Shown piece by piece: positions 24,544 to 38,114 of a stretch of 64,000 bases of DNA. The stretch is from assembly GCF_041146345.1 (NCBI RefSeq), contig NW_027191411.1, forward strand, positions 1,736,001 to 1,800,000, in the 5' to 3' direction. The notes below the pieces were generated by a model that was not told where the DNA came from, ran no database searches, and saw nothing but the letters and a program-made list of their open reading frames with translations. The DNA comes from Neodothiora populina. Lineage: Eukaryota. A program made the translations under genes and the position numbers. Each line of letters starts with the position of its first letter. Position 1 is the stretch's first letter.

Positions 24544-26369
24544 AAAGGGTGGTCTTGAAACACTCAGACATGTGGCTCCGCTAAAGCTGGGCGCTGTATG
24601 ATATTGATGAATGATGACCCGCCAACTGGCTTAGCGAGAACTCGGCTCCTGAATTGTCCTTATGATTTTCCACCCCGGCGTCTTCGAACCATCTCCCTAG
24701 CCATGTCCTAGCAATAACAATAGATACCATGTAGCGATGACGAATGTCATGTAGTCGCTAATTGGCAATCCAAACAAAACGGTGCTGCACCGAATTGATG
24801 GTTCACAAACGGCAAATTGGACTCTTTGCTCAAACTCCGAAGCATGGCGTCTCAAGATTTACACTACTTTATACAGCACACCCTTGCGACGCAGCAGGCC
24901 GAAGCGAGATCCCTGTGTTCCATAACAAAAGTATCTCCTGTATGCACGCTTTGAGAAATCACAACTGGTGAGATCTACACTGCAATGCCTACATGCTAGT
25001 CAGACTCTCGACCGAGTGCGGCTGTCCACGACTAATGGAGGTCCCACCGTCCGGTCTTCCGCACACGCGGTTCCTCCACAAGCCCCAGCATCGAAGGAAC
25101 TGTGGGATGGAAGATGTCGTGCCTACATGTACCTAGATTAGCCGATCCATGCTCGAGACAGGAATCGAAGGAAGGGTCGCGCGCACGGCTCTGCCTCGCT
25201 CCCTTGGCCCCGACCCTTGTTTGGCGCTAATGTCGAGTGGATACGATGCATAGATCAATCAATCCATTATGGAGATCAACACTTGATGTCTTTGGTCGAA
25301 ACGCAGAGTCAGTCCGGTTAGACTTGAAGGAAGATGGTCTCGACCAAGATGCGCCTAGTCGTCTAAACGGAGTCTGGGAGGCGATGGTCGTCATTCACGG
25401 GGGGCGTAGTTGATCGAGATCTCGCGTGCTTTTCTCTTTTTCTTTGCTCCTCTTGTGAGGCTTTCTACTGTAGCACAGTAGCACCGCGCGCCGCAACGTA
25501 TTCGGGCTTTAAAGTGGGCCGCGGCGAAAGAGAGAAAAGCGCCTCCCCCCTTGGTCCCTTGTCCACCCACTGTTTTGAGAGGGTTCGGCAAAACGTTCTT
25601 ACTGTTCTAATTATAATCCGTACCCGCTGCTAAGTCTCCGATGTACTTGTGCCTTGGAGGGGTACGCCAAACCGTATTGTCACCATAGCGGCAGGACAGA
25701 TCCATGGGTTTGGTGGCAGCACACTTTCGGCCAGTGAAACCACTCAGAGCAGAGGACAAGCTGCCACGGTAGGGTTACTTGGTCTCGTTATATGCCCGTG
25801 ATTATTGCATTTTGCCATCTCCCTGCTGCTGTCACCTCAATATACGCAGGGCGACACTGTGGTCTTGTGCACCACCCCCCGATTTTCCAGAAGGCGCCAC
25901 TAGCACCCACTGGCACCCATTGGCACAATTGAGCTGGTCCAATCACCACCGATAGCTTGTCTTTTGCTGAGATCAGAGTAATAACATTTTCGCCCATTTG
26001 CACACTTGCCCAATCCACCCAAACCAACGACGCTCCTACCCATCGGCGCGCATTTCTCTCTCTCTCGACGGGCACTTTAGACACGCAGCTCTGACCTTTG
26101 GCTTCACTCTGTGTACCTCGACCGTGTGTTCTGTGTTTGCCACGACCAACACATCACCCACCACTCTCTCTCCTGCATTCACAGATTGTCTCTGCCGACG
26201 GGGTCACATAGGGACACTGCGCCTTATTGAATATAGGACGGGGGGCGTGATCATCGCGCCTAATATCTGTCTAGCGCCTATAGAGACGATTATAAACAGT
26301 GGGGATAGACGCTCCGCCTCACCGCCATATCATCTGCAATAATATATCGGACAGGCAAGTTCCGGCGTC

Positions 26370-29197
26370 ATGGCGCCGCGACCACAGGATCTCGACTTAA
26401 GCAAAGCCAATGCTACCCTGAGCAGTGAGAATGTTCCTACAGGAGGGAATGGTGGCCGTCTCACACCGCGACGGCCAAACTTCTACATGGATCTCCCATC
26501 ACCCAGGGTCGGCGAAGTGCCGCCTGCACTGTCTCCTCTCGATGCCTTTGCCCTGCACTCTCGCGCCCTCGCCAGGAAATTGGAAGAGAGTGCGAAAGCC
26601 GGACGGCGGATGAGCAGGCTGCCCCACCATGAGATCCAAACCGAACTGGCAAAGAGACCTGGCTACTTCAGGAGCATCTCGAGCGAGACGGCATCGCTCT
26701 CTTCGGATTATGGCAACGACGCCAACGATGACCACGACGACGACCACGATCAACGCGTCTTTGTCGAGACATCGCCCAACGAGGACAGGCCGGTGTCACA
26801 GTACCCCTACCTCGGCCACGTCAACGACAGATTCTCTCAATCGCCCTCAGGTGCTCCGAAACCTGCGCCGCCGCCCATTCACACGACCGACCACCCGGGC
26901 TACTTTGGCATTCAAGTCCCTCGTTCATCTTCCCCTGAGCCCTTTGACTCGCAGCCCAGCAACAACAAGAACAACACCGTCACTTCACCAGCGGTGCCCA
27001 GCCTCACAAGCAGCATCGATTCCATCGGATCATCACATCCCAGAACCCTGACCAACGAGTCGCTTCACTCAAGAGCCTTTCAGGGAGGTTTGGCCCCTCC
27101 AAAGTCGCCGTTACATCCTCGATCACCTCGCAGCATCGCGAGCATACGCTCCGTGATAGACAGCGCCGAAGAAGATAATGGAAACCCCTCGGGATTCGAA
27201 AGAGTCAGGAAGTCTTCCAAAGCCGGCGCTTTCGCTGGAACATCACCATACTCCCCACTCAGTCCTGATTTTGTACCAATCGCACGCTCACCCTCGGCAC
27301 TGTCCGAGGTGTCTGTCAATGAGCCGCTGCCTCGTCCCTCGTTCAACTTTTCGAGGCCGAGGAGCAACTCCAACACCAAGTTGAACGTTGACAGGAGACC
27401 CAACTTCGACTCAAGACCTTCCTTCGAGATACGACCTATGAACCGTAAGACCTCAAATGGCTCATCTTTGCGAGAAGCCATGTCGGTGGATCAGACTGGT
27501 GACAACGACAACCACTCGATCAGAGCTCTGTCACGTCAACAGTCGGCCTCGACCGAAAGTCTCAGCAGAGTTGACACACGATCGACCCGAGGGGCTCCGT
27601 CTAGACAGAACTCTAGCGCTGCTATCGATAACCAATCATTGAGAGCACCTTCGCGTCAGAATTCGGCCAATGACTTCCAGAACGGAAGAGGACCTTCACC
27701 TATGCGAAGCCCAATCAGACAGGGGTCCGCCTCGGATACCAGATCCATCAGGGGCCCGTCTCGACAGGCGTCATCTGACAACATGCTCACAAAGACGGAC
27801 ACGCATTCAAGTAGAGGGATCCGTTCGAGACAGAACTCTGGATCTGCCGCCGAGACGTATTCTGCTAGAGCTCTTTCTCGACAAAACTCGGCGCAAGCTT
27901 TGACCGAGGTGGGCTCCATCTCGGAGGCAGACATCTTCAGCGGTGACGAGTCCTTGTATGGCGAGCATGGAGATCCTGATGACCCTCGACACCACAATGA
28001 CCCTCGTGATATGCGTGGTCGCCGAGATCCAGGCATTGCCGGTGCTCCGTCCTACATATACTCAAAATACTCGCTGCCTAGAGGACGGACGGTCGAGGAG
28101 CTTAACCCTGAGCATCAACGGAATTCATGGGCAGATCACCAGTTCAAATGGGAGGAAGCTGGACATGCGCCGGTGGAGACAAAGTCTACAGCAAAAGACC
28201 CAATCAAGCTCAGCCCTATGACAGATGCTCCACCGCCATCTCTACCGACCACGCCCACTCGTAACCAATTTCCCGCCAGCTCCATCAATCGGAGCCGTTC
28301 AGCTGAGCCGTCAGGTCCGGCAGGGCCTCGGACGGGTCACAAATCAGTGCCCTCGTCACCATCTGCCATCTCTTCTAGTACTGATCAAACCGTACGCGGC
28401 AGATCACACGTGCGCAACAGCCCGTCACAGGACATTGCGGGGCTCTCGCCTGAAGAGCACCTCGAGAGGGGTATTCAAGCTCACAATGCAGGATCGCTCA
28501 GCAAGTCGACGTACCATCTTCGTCTTGCTGCCCGGGCTGGCATGCCAACTGCAATGCTGTTGTATGCACTCGCATGCAGACATGGCTGGGGCATGCGGCC
28601 CAACCAAGCGGAGGGAGTCCAATGGCTCAAGCGGGCAGTGGACTCGTCAAGCCTCGAATTCATGGCTGACAAGGATCCGCTGAGCGTGTCGGCTCCGGGT
28701 GAAAAGTCGGCACCAATGACGCCGGAGCAGAAGACACGTAAGGCACAATTTGCACTTGCCATCTATGAGCTTGGCATGTCGTATATGAACGGATGGGGTA
28801 TCCCCAGGGACAAGGCACTGGCACTACGCTGCTTCGAGATTGCAGGCAGTTGGGGTGACAACGACGCTCTGGCGGAAGCTGGATACTGCTACACGCAAGG
28901 CGTTGGATGCAGAAAGGACCTCAAGAAGGCTGCCAGATTCTACAGACGTGCGGCCGAGGGTGGCATGAGCATGGCTGGCAACAGTTGGTAAGTCAGAGAG
29001 GAGACGACGGCATTGTATCTGTACAGTGGGCTGACGTTTTCATGTATAGGATCTACAAACCAAAGTACATGGATGATCCAGTGCCGGACAAGCCAGCTCC
29101 AGCGCCAGCCGTACCTGGCGACAAGCCGGTCAGGCCTCCGAGCAGAGCTCGGGGCAAGTCTTTTTTTTCTAGGAAAAAGCCTCCAATCGTCGCATAA
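26370..29197 (+). CDS. Sel1-repeat protein, Dsf2/Nif1-like
   Basis: Intron 28988-29049. Long Ser/Arg-rich N-terminus (PPALSPLDAFA). C-terminal Sel1 repeats: HLERGIQAH..STYHLRLAA..AMLLYALACRHGWGMRPNQAEGVQWL, AIYELGMSYMNGWG, DALAEAGYCYTQGVGCRKDLKKAA..GNSWIYKPKY. Confidence 0.85.
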
Positions 29198-29881
29198 GCG
29201 CTGCCAGATAGACGCCCGGTCGACATTTCATTGCTTTTGTTTTCGCTCGTCGGAAGTTACCTTCGTTGGCTATTTCTTGTCCTGATCTTCAATCGTTCTT
29301 GCACATACTTTTCATCTTCTTCGTCTCTGTGTTTCTTTACAAGGGAGAAACATACAAATCAGCTTCATTACTTTGCTCTGCCATGGTGTAATCATAGGCA
29401 AGCATGGCGTTTCAAGGGGGGCGGTTCTTTGTCAGGGACGAGGCATCTTACACATCACGGGGGAAAGGGGGGATCTTTTACTATACCATACAATTACAAA
29501 AAGTCCGGCTAAAGAGAAGCCGGCCGGCCAAGGCAGGGGTAGACAGATGGTAGTTCGTTTGTATTTCTTTACAGGCAATTGGCGGGCACAAGCAGGAGTC
29601 TTGAGGGAGGAGATGGAGGGGGAAATGGAATCAAAGGAGCAGGATTGCACTGCTGGGGTTTCCGTTTTCTGTATATCTTTCATTGTCTAGTCCGCAGGTT
29701 ATATGGCTGACTGCCTGAGGTGCCTTGAGTATCAAAGTATACTAGCTACAATCTTGCGGCAGCAATGGCCGTCAGACAAGCGTATCTGTTGCTCTCAATG
29801 CCATGTCTCAACAAGTAAGTTCAAGTGGGATACTGTTGAACAGTAGGAGATCAAAGGTAGACTTAATTTGAGGTGTATGGT

Positions 29882-29918
29882 GATGAGGATGAGGATGAGG
29901 ATTAGGATGAAGATGAGG
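29882..29918. repeat. (GATGAG)n hexamer microsatellite
   Basis: gatgaggatgaggatgaggattaggatgaagatgagg. Confidence 0.85.
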
Positions 29919-30423
29919 CTCAAGTGGAATGATATTTCGAGGGTCCGGAGGTACGGTACAAGTAGAAGACGTCGGAGGTAAGATAAGCGGAGATCCGGCG
30001 CAGGGTCTACAAGTGCAAGTAGGATTGGCGTCATGGATTCATGCAATCAATATGCAAAAGCACTTGGTTGCACTTACTTTTGGTGACTAAAATAAGGTAA
30101 GAGTAAGCTACTTTACTATGACCACAAGTGCTGTATAGCAGCAGCTTCAGGTACCACTTTAATACTCTAAATGATCTGACTTCTTTCATCACAATCCCCC
30201 CGCCTCCTGCTTGTTCTTCTTCTGTTTTCTTTTTCCTTATACTTGTCTCCCATCTCTCGATTCTTGACCAAGAGCGGACATTCGCTGCACAATTGCCCTG
30301 CCGAGGCTCAGCTTGAGCTCCGCCGATAGCCGCCTGAAACAACATTACTGCCATAAGGTATCCATATCTATACCCTGCCTCGACCCGCATGTACCTTGTC
30401 CGCTATAGAACTATTTTGAAATC

Positions 30424-31770
30424 ATGTCGGAATACACACGGACCGCGCAGGCATTAGCACACACGATTGACGGCGGCGATGACGAAGAAGCTCCTCGTCG
30501 CTCTCAGTCCTCGTCTCCCGTCTTCGCACGCCGCTCCTTGTCTTCCTCGGGCCGTCTGTCTACCTCTCGTCGCTCTCGTCACTCGAGGTCGAATACGCTC
30601 ACCTCTTCGCCTCTTGTCAATGACATCTTGTCGAGCGCTCGGGGCATAGTCAAGCGCTTCAATCGTCTGCGCCCTCTGCATCGTGGCTTGCTCGCCGTGG
30701 CTGGCTTGGTATTGGTGGTGCTTGGTGTGCTGTTTCTTGCCTTCAACGAGCGCATATTCCACAGTTTTGCCCCGGTCGCAAAGAGTTGGAGAGAGCTGAG
30801 GGGTGGCTGGTGTATCCTCTGGGCTGCTACCTTCGTGGTTGGATTCCCGCCTCTGATCGGCTACTCTACTTGTGTCACGCTTGCTGGTTTTGTGTATGGT
30901 GTACCGAAAGGGTGAGTAAGGAACGGAGAGAGGATGGAAACACTTGCTGACTCGGAGCTTCTCCGCCGCAGATGGCTCATTGCAGCTTCGGGCACCGTTC
31001 TCGGCAGCACGGCATCCTTCCTCGTCTCGCGGACACTCCTTCGGTCCTATGTCGAGCGCTTGACGTCGCACGACAAGCGATTCGCCGCTCTGGCGCTGAC
31101 ACTCAAGCACGATGGTCTGAAACTTCTCATCATGATCCGTCTGTGTCCTCTACCTTATTCTCTCTCCAACGGCGCCATGTCTACCATTCCCACAGTCACC
31201 TGGTATCAATTCATGGGAGCCGGTCTGATCGCCACGCCGAAGCTCATCTTGCATGTCTTTGTCGGCAGCCGTCTTGGTGCAATCGCAGAGAGCGGTGACA
31301 AGATGGACGCCAAGACGAAAGCCATTTCCTATCTTTCCATTGCAATTGGTCTGTTCGCCGGCCTTGCCACAGGTTGGTTCATGTACACCAAGACAAAAGC
31401 GCGAGCGCGAGAGATTGAAGAAGAAGAGCGAGAAGCCGCGCTACAAGTCGGTGGGGCAGAAGAAGACGGAGACGAAGAAGAGGGCGGTGTGGCCGCTTCC
31501 GCCGCGAGGGGCCATCGCTATCAATACTCGGACGATCCCATTGAGAGGGCGGCCGCCGAGCGATTAGGTCTCGACGACGGAGACGAGGGCGATGACGACT
31601 TCAGCATGCATTCCAACGCCAGATACAGAGACGCTTTCAGCGATGTCGAGGACGCAGAGGATGTGCCCGACAATGAAGTTATTGATGTCGATGACGACGA
31701 CAAAGCACGAGAGCATGATCCTTTCGCGGACGGGGACGGGCCCGAGGAACAGGGCAAGGGCAAACGGTAG
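30424..31770 (+). CDS. TVP38: Golgi membrane protein Tvp38 (DedA/VTT family)
   Basis: Intron 30912-30971. Motifs [69 protein letters not shown]; acidic C-terminal tail. Confidence 0.9.
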
Positions 31771-32656
31771 ATGTTATTTTGTTTCCTTGATCATATAGAT
31801 ACAGACAGATGGGGGTCACAAATATATGGCGCTCATCTGGTTTTCTACTTCATCCTTTGCCATCCTAGCTTCCTCTCCTTGTCCCATCCTACTCCAACTC
31901 GATTCCGCCATGTGCGTGAGGTGCGCTTCCTTGATATCGGTATCTTGAGGTAATGAGTAAGATATGGTAACCTACCTCTCCCGTGCGCTACACAGCGTCT
32001 AATTCCCAGCCAGAGCAGATGATCAAATATGTTTTCAAGTAATACAAATCGTCTTGTCCTTGTCTCTCTCTTCTCATATATACACGAATAGTATTACAGA
32101 TCCACAGATCAATCAAATGGGAGTTCCGCCCACTCCAATACACAAAACCAACCATGAATACGTCCAAGGAAATGCAATCAACGTGAAAAGCCAGACATGA
32201 GACAGGGTCGCCCCATCCCCCCAGATTGATAACCATGCCCCCGATAAGTACCTGTGATTCCCCGTCGTTAAGGTATGCGGAGAGACACAGACACAGAAGC
32301 TTTGGCGCTCCGGCCGGCGTCGTCATCTCCTGGGGACGGTAGCTCGCTCTTCTGTAAGGTATCTTTACCTTACCTATTCAGTGCCTTTGCTACGAATCAC
32401 TTTTCGGGAGGGCTGTACTGTACTGTGACTTGTCAGACACCGAAGAGGTTTACTCGGTCATCTGTCGCTGCGCCGCGATAAGCCAAGGGGACAACAAACT
32501 GCGTGCGCGGATTAGAGTATCAGACAACAACATACACGACAACGAGGACTAGCGCTACCTTGCGATTCGCATCAGGAGATTAGCTGCCAAACAAAAGAAG
32601 CGAAGGAAAGAAGAGAGAGAAGGGAAGAGCGAAAGAAGGAGAAGAAGGAGGCGAAG

Positions 32657-34159
32657 ATGTCGACGACCTTCTCGAATTACGTCCTGGATTTCCTATGGCA
32701 GATCACAAACTGCTTCAATTGCTTCCCCAGCAATCCTGCGCTGAAGATCAATGGACGGCAGTATAAGATCCTGCGATTACTTGGTGAGGTGAGTTTTGCC
32801 TAGAAACATATATAGATAGATATATATATATCTGCACACATGCACACGGCGGAGAATGCTGACAGGAACACCCAACAACAAACAGGGCGGATTCTCCTAC
32901 GTCTATCTCGTCCAGTCACCGCCGAGTCCCCAATTACATGCCTTGAAGAAAATCCGCTGTCCCTTTGGCCAGGAAAGCGTGTCTCAAGCCCTCAAGGAAG
33001 TTGAAGCTTATTCGCTGTTCGCGCCGCATCCGAACATCATTCAATCCATCGATCACGCCGTCGCAAGCGACTCGAGATCGGACCCGTCGAGCAAAACCGT
33101 TTATATCCTGTTGCCATATTACCGACGGGGTAACCTGCAAGATGCAATTAATGCGAATCTCGTGAATGGGGGCAGGTTCCCCGAGCGCAGACTCATGGTT
33201 TTGTTCCGGGGAGTGTGCGAGGGCCTGAAGGCTATGCATCAATATCGTGTGCCTGAAGGTTCGGGCAAGGGCAAGAAGGCGAAGAGCAAGGCGAGAAGAG
33301 TAAGAGATGAGGGAGCGAGGGCGGACAGAGAAGCTGCTAATGCGGCGGATGGTGTTGACGATGACGAGGCGGGTGTTCCGCTGATGGACGACGAGGTCAC
33401 GAGAGCACAAGAAGGCGTTGGTGAGGGCGAGATCAGAGCTTATGCGCATAGAGACATCAAGCCCGGTAAGTCTTCTTTTCCTTGGTCGCATTCACTTCTC
33501 CCGAATCACTCTGTCAAGAATCATCAGGCTGACTGATCCGCCTGTTCACAGCAAACATCATGATATCAGACGACGGCCTGACTCCCATCCTAATGGATCT
33601 CGGCTCCTTAGCTCCCTCCCCGACCCCCATAACCTCACGTGCACTCGCCCTGCAAGTCCAGGACCAAGCAGCAGAACACAGCACGATGCCCTACCGCGCG
33701 CCCGAGCTCTTCGACGTCAAGACCGGCAGCGTAGTCGACACAGCAGTAGACGTCTGGTCAGCAGGCTGCACTCTATTCGCGTGTCTGGTGGGGAAATCCC
33801 CCTTCGAGATGCGAAGCGAGGAAACAGGCGGCAGTCTCTCCCTCTGCGTGCTGGGCGGCGACTGGCGCTTCCCCGACGAAGAACCCGTCATCGGAGGCCC
33901 GGCGTCAGCTTCTTCACCTCCACGAAGGAAGAAGACCAAGGGCAAGCAGAGAATGAACGTTGCGCCAAGCGAAGTCGCGGCCGGAGGTGGTGCGGACGGC
34001 GAGTACGCGGGCGCGGATGAGATTTCAGAGGCTGTCAGGGATGTGGTGAGGGCGTGCTTGAGGGTCGAGGCTTCTGAGCGTCCCGATGTGGATCGTCTGA
34101 TTGATATGGTGGATCATGTCATTGCTGGACTACCCGATGATGGTCCCTTGAGCGATTGA
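32657..34159 (+). CDS. ENV7: NAK-family Ser/Thr kinase, Env7/STK16-like
   Basis: Introns 32789-32885 and 33466-33551. N-terminal NCFNCFP (likely acylation site), LLGEGGFSYVYLV, ALKKIRC, HRDIKPANIM, ILMDLGS, STMPYRAPELFDV, DVWSAGCTL. Confidence 0.92.
32808..32831. repeat. (TA)n-rich microsatellite in ENV7 intron 1
   Basis: atatatagatagatatatatatat. Confidence 0.8.
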
Positions 34160-35747
34160 GAGCCTCTCTCGGCTTACTTGTCTTTGCTACCACTCTGCGA
34201 GAGCGAAGAACGACAGGAGAAAGCAGTGAGAAGCATCTATACATAATCCATCTGCTCAATACCCGATGCCATGCATGACTCATTTCAGCCATGATCGCAA
34301 CAATAGGTATCCCAAGATCCCACAACTTCTGCACAGAGAGCACGACATGTGAAGCGGAAAGAAACAACGCCGAAATGGGACGTTCTCCCGAAATCGTGTC
34401 CTCGACAGACCTTCTCAGAATAACAAAAGAGATAAAGTGATCGATTCACCTTGCTTGCAGACCTACGCCTTCACAAAATCTACGCTACAACTACTGTACA
34501 GCTCACTCATCAAGCCGGTGTCTTGTCACTTAGTCAAGCCACACTTTAAGCAAAGAAACGAACAATACGGGGTGCAGCGACCTAACCATAGCCGACTCCG
34601 CTTAGGTTCGCGACGATTCGGCAAGAAATGTCAATGTTACACCACGAACAGAGAGAGATTCGGCCAAGCGAAATTATGGCTGATCCGGGGCAAGAAAAGA
34701 CAAGGGTACAGGTGCAGGGCTAGCTGCTCGACAGGTACATTTTACCTTGCTGGATAACACTGGGCTTTCGAGGCGTTCGGAAGACAGGCTAACCTTACCT
34801 TAAGCGGAAGCTAAATAGTGGCATGCAGCAACTCAGAGAGGGAGAGATTGATTATTGCCTTATCAGCGGGTGGTTGTTGTGTCCTTGGTTTATTTTGTTT
34901 TTGGTCTTGTGCAATCGCCGTAACAGGTCTAAGGATGATCACAGTGATGGACGGGCACAAACAACGACAAATTATTCGATTGTATTGCGTGCTCGTGACA
35001 TTATCGACCGGTTGACCAATTGATTCTATCTGCCTGTCCCAGAGGCGGATTAGCAAGCATGCCCTGGAAACAAAGGGAGGGTGGCGGTTAAAATGACTAA
35101 GATGACTGTCTGTCGGTCGAAGCAGCCAGCAGAACGAGCGCCAAGAAGTCCCTGCTGTGCTGGGTCCCCCCCAATGTCTGAGGCGATTCACAGAGTGTTC
35201 TCGGCCACTCAGATTGCCGATAGTCAGACAAACCTGCAAGGTGAAGGTAGACCCTTCGCCCTCTCTTTTGCAGATGTGAAAGCGACATTCCAACGTTCTG
35301 TGAACCCTTCTTCACCATCCGCCCCGGCTATTGCGACATCATCCGTGCGCATCTCCAAGCTTGCACCTGGGAATCTTGCATCTTGCACATCCGCCGTGCC
35401 TGCCTTAAGGTAGTCTTTTGCCCAAAACAAAAGTCGCATCATCGCATGCACAAGTGACAAAACAGACGTGGTTGATTTTACTGTGGAAAATAGCCTTTTT
35501 TGTCGTTATCATATCCCCCGTCTCGAGAATATTGCACCTGCACTTTTTACACTTGCTATTTCCAATCTGCTATCCATCGTATCTTTTGGACGGACGGCGA
35601 CGCAATCGGGTTGTTCATCGACGTAACTCATCTCCGCACACGATCATCGTCATCTTTTTCTCTTTCTTTGCACCAGACTAGAAACGAGAACAGAGGAGAC
35701 AGGAGACAGGTTCATGAAAAGACCCTACTAAAAAGGGTCAGGCCAGG

Positions 35748-38114
35748 ATGGCGTCAATCAACCCGGATCATTCGCAATCGCAGTCGCAATCGCATTTCTC
35801 AGCCCACACCGATGCTGGCCCCGCCCCGGACACGACGACAACCACTGACAATTACAGAAGACTGTCTCTGCGCCAGTATGAAAGACAACACTCAGACCTC
35901 GCCCTGACTGACGCTCCCAGCTCGGGAGATGAATTTGATCGGGATGCTCTCTGTCGTGATCACGACCATACAGCCCTGAAGTCGCGTCATTCCCATTCTC
36001 ATCTTCACTCGTCAAACCTTGCCCACGCTGACCAAGACATGGCCGCCATGGACAAACAAAACAACATTTGCATCCAGACCAATTCAAAGCATGCCGAACA
36101 CACCGTCGCTCCCTTTCTCGCCAAACACATCCCTATGCAGTACAATCCTGTCGGACACCCACACCAGCCCCAACCCCACGCCGACGACTCCACTTCCACC
36201 AAAGAGTCCAGCACAAAGTTCTGCTACCGTCACAGGCCCGACGTCAAGTGTAGAAGACAGGCCAACGAGCCCTCGATGGAGCAACTGCAGAACGAGCTGG
36301 GAACTCTCTCACAGTCCGACCAGAAGGCCATCTCCCACGTCTGGTCACTCTTCTCTGCCGCCCCCTCAAAACACCGGAACCTGATGCTGCAGGGCGTCCT
36401 GTCGCAATGCTGCTTCCCTCAACTGTCCTTCATCTCTGCATCTGTCCGCGACCTCATCAAGATCGACTTTCTATCCGCCCTGCCACCGGAGCTTGGCTTC
36501 AAGATCCTCTGTTTCCTCGACACCACCTCTCTCTGCAAGGCGGCTCAGGTCAGCCGTCGATGGCGCGAGCTTGCCGACGATGATGTCGTCTGGCACAGGA
36601 TGTGTGAGCAGCACATCGACCGCAAATGCACCAAGTGCGGCTGGGGTCTGCCTCTGCTGGAGAGACGACGCCTGCGCAAGGAAAAGAGACAGATTCAACT
36701 GCGAGCGACCGGTAGGGGCGTCAACGAGTGGTCTCCCATCCTGGAGCCGACATCTCTGCCCGAAGCAGCGGGTTTCGCCGCCGAGACGTTGTCCGCCAAT
36801 GTCGCTTGCACCACCGGGGTCAAGCGGTCTTGCGAAGACTCCATCTCTCCTGAGCCCAAGAAGATCTGCTCGCAGTCGATACGACAAGAGGAAGTGGAGT
36901 CAAAGCCCACCATCAGGCCCTGGAAGGACGTGTACAAGGATCGGTTCAAGGTCGGCACCAATTGGAAATACGGCCGCTGCTCGACGAAGATCTTCCGAGG
37001 ACACACCAATGGAGTCATGTGTCTACAGCACGACGACAGCGTCTTGATCACCGGATCCTACGATTCCACCATCAAGGTGTGGGACATTGAAAGCGGAGAG
37101 GAGATCAGGACACTAAAGGGTCACACGTCGGGAATCCGTTGCTTGCAATTCGACGACACGGGCAAACTCCTCACTGGTTCAATGGACCACACTACTCGTC
37201 TCTGGAACTGGCGTACCGGACAGTGTCTACGTAAGTTTGATGCCCACAATGGTGGCGTCATCAGTGTACACTTCGACTCTCAATATGTTGCGTCTGGCTC
37301 CATGGATCACACGATCCGCGTCTACGACACCAACACCAAGCAGACGTTCTTGTTGAAGGGACACACAGACTGGGTCAACGCTGTCAAGATCGACTCGGCG
37401 TCTCGCACCCTGCTTTCTGCTTCCGATGATTGTACTGTCCGCCTGTGGGACCTGGACACGCGACAGTGCATCAAGGTGTTTGAAGGCCACGTTGGACAGG
37501 TCCAGCAGGTGGTTCCCCTGCCACCGGAGTTTGAGCTTGACGAGGCAGACCTGCTGCCCGGTGACAAGGACGATGACGGATCTTCCACCGCGTCCAGCTC
37601 ACCATTGCATGGGCACGACCATCACCACAACCACCAAGGTGCAGCTGCTGCCTCGAGTCTGCCGTTCTGGCCTTATGACGAGGAGCGTGCCGCACCACCT
37701 CGCTACATGCTCACGGGTGCTCTGGACAGCACGATCCGCCTGTGGGATGTGCATGCGCCTGCTGCTCCGTCGCCGAATTCGTCGTCGGCGGATCCAGGAG
37801 TGCAGCAAGCGCCTCCATCGACGACTGCTTGTCTGCGCACATTCTTCGGACACGTAGAGGGCATCTGGGCACTCGCGGCTGACCATCTGAGGCTTGTGAG
37901 TGGAAGTGAAGACCGCACAGTCAAGATATGGGATCCACGCACCGGCAAGTGCGAAAGGACCTGGACAGGTCACGCGGGGCCTGTCACATGCATCGGTCTC
38001 AGTGACTCCAGATTGGTGACTGGAAGTGAGGACTGCGAGGTCAGAATGCTCATCTTCAATTCTGGGCCTGAGGAGGTCGGCAAGTGTACCGAGAGCCGAG
38101 CGTCGTCGGAGTGA
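35748..38114 (+). CDS. sconB: F-box/WD40 SCF subunit SconB/SCON-2/Met30 (negative regulator of sulfur metabolism)
   Basis: Single-exon 788-aa ORF. Family motifs [34 protein letters not shown]-box [51 protein letters not shown]; multiple GH..WD repeats. Confidence 0.95.
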   Translation: MASINPDHSQSQSQSHFSAHTDAGPAPDTTTTTDNYRRLSLRQYERQHSDLALTDAPSSGDEFDRDALCRDHDHTALKSRHSHSHLHSSNLAHADQDMAAMDKQNNICIQTNSKHAEHTVAPFLAKHIPMQYNPVGHPHQPQPHADDSTSTKESSTKFCYRHRPDVKCRRQANEPSMEQLQNELGTLSQSDQKAISHVWSLFSAAPSKHRNLMLQGVLSQCCFPQLSFISASVRDLIKIDFLSALPPELGFKILCFLDTTSLCKAAQVSRRWRELADDDVVWHRMCEQHIDRKCTKCGWGLPLLERRRLRKEKRQIQLRATGRGVNEWSPILEPTSLPEAAGFAAETLSANVACTTGVKRSCEDSISPEPKKICSQSIRQEEVESKPTIRPWKDVYKDRFKVGTNWKYGRCSTKIFRGHTNGVMCLQHDDSVLITGSYDSTIKVWDIESGEEIRTLKGHTSGIRCLQFDDTGKLLTGSMDHTTRLWNWRTGQCLRKFDAHNGGVISVHFDSQYVASGSMDHTIRVYDTNTKQTFLLKGHTDWVNAVKIDSASRTLLSASDDCTVRLWDLDTRQCIKVFEGHVGQVQQVVPLPPEFELDEADLLPGDKDDDGSSTASSSPLHGHDHHHNHQGAAAASSLPFWPYDEERAAPPRYMLTGALDSTIRLWDVHAPAAPSPNSSSADPGVQQAPPSTTACLRTFFGHVEGIWALAADHLRLVSGSEDRTVKIWDPRTGKCERTWTGHAGPVTCIGLSDSRLVTGSEDCEVRMLIFNSGPEEVGKCTESRASSE

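Noticed and set aside
25768..25778. Telomere-like or telomerase-template-like TAGGGTTA (also a G-rich run near 53208-53230)
   Set aside because: Single imperfect units with no TTAGGG array and no full template.
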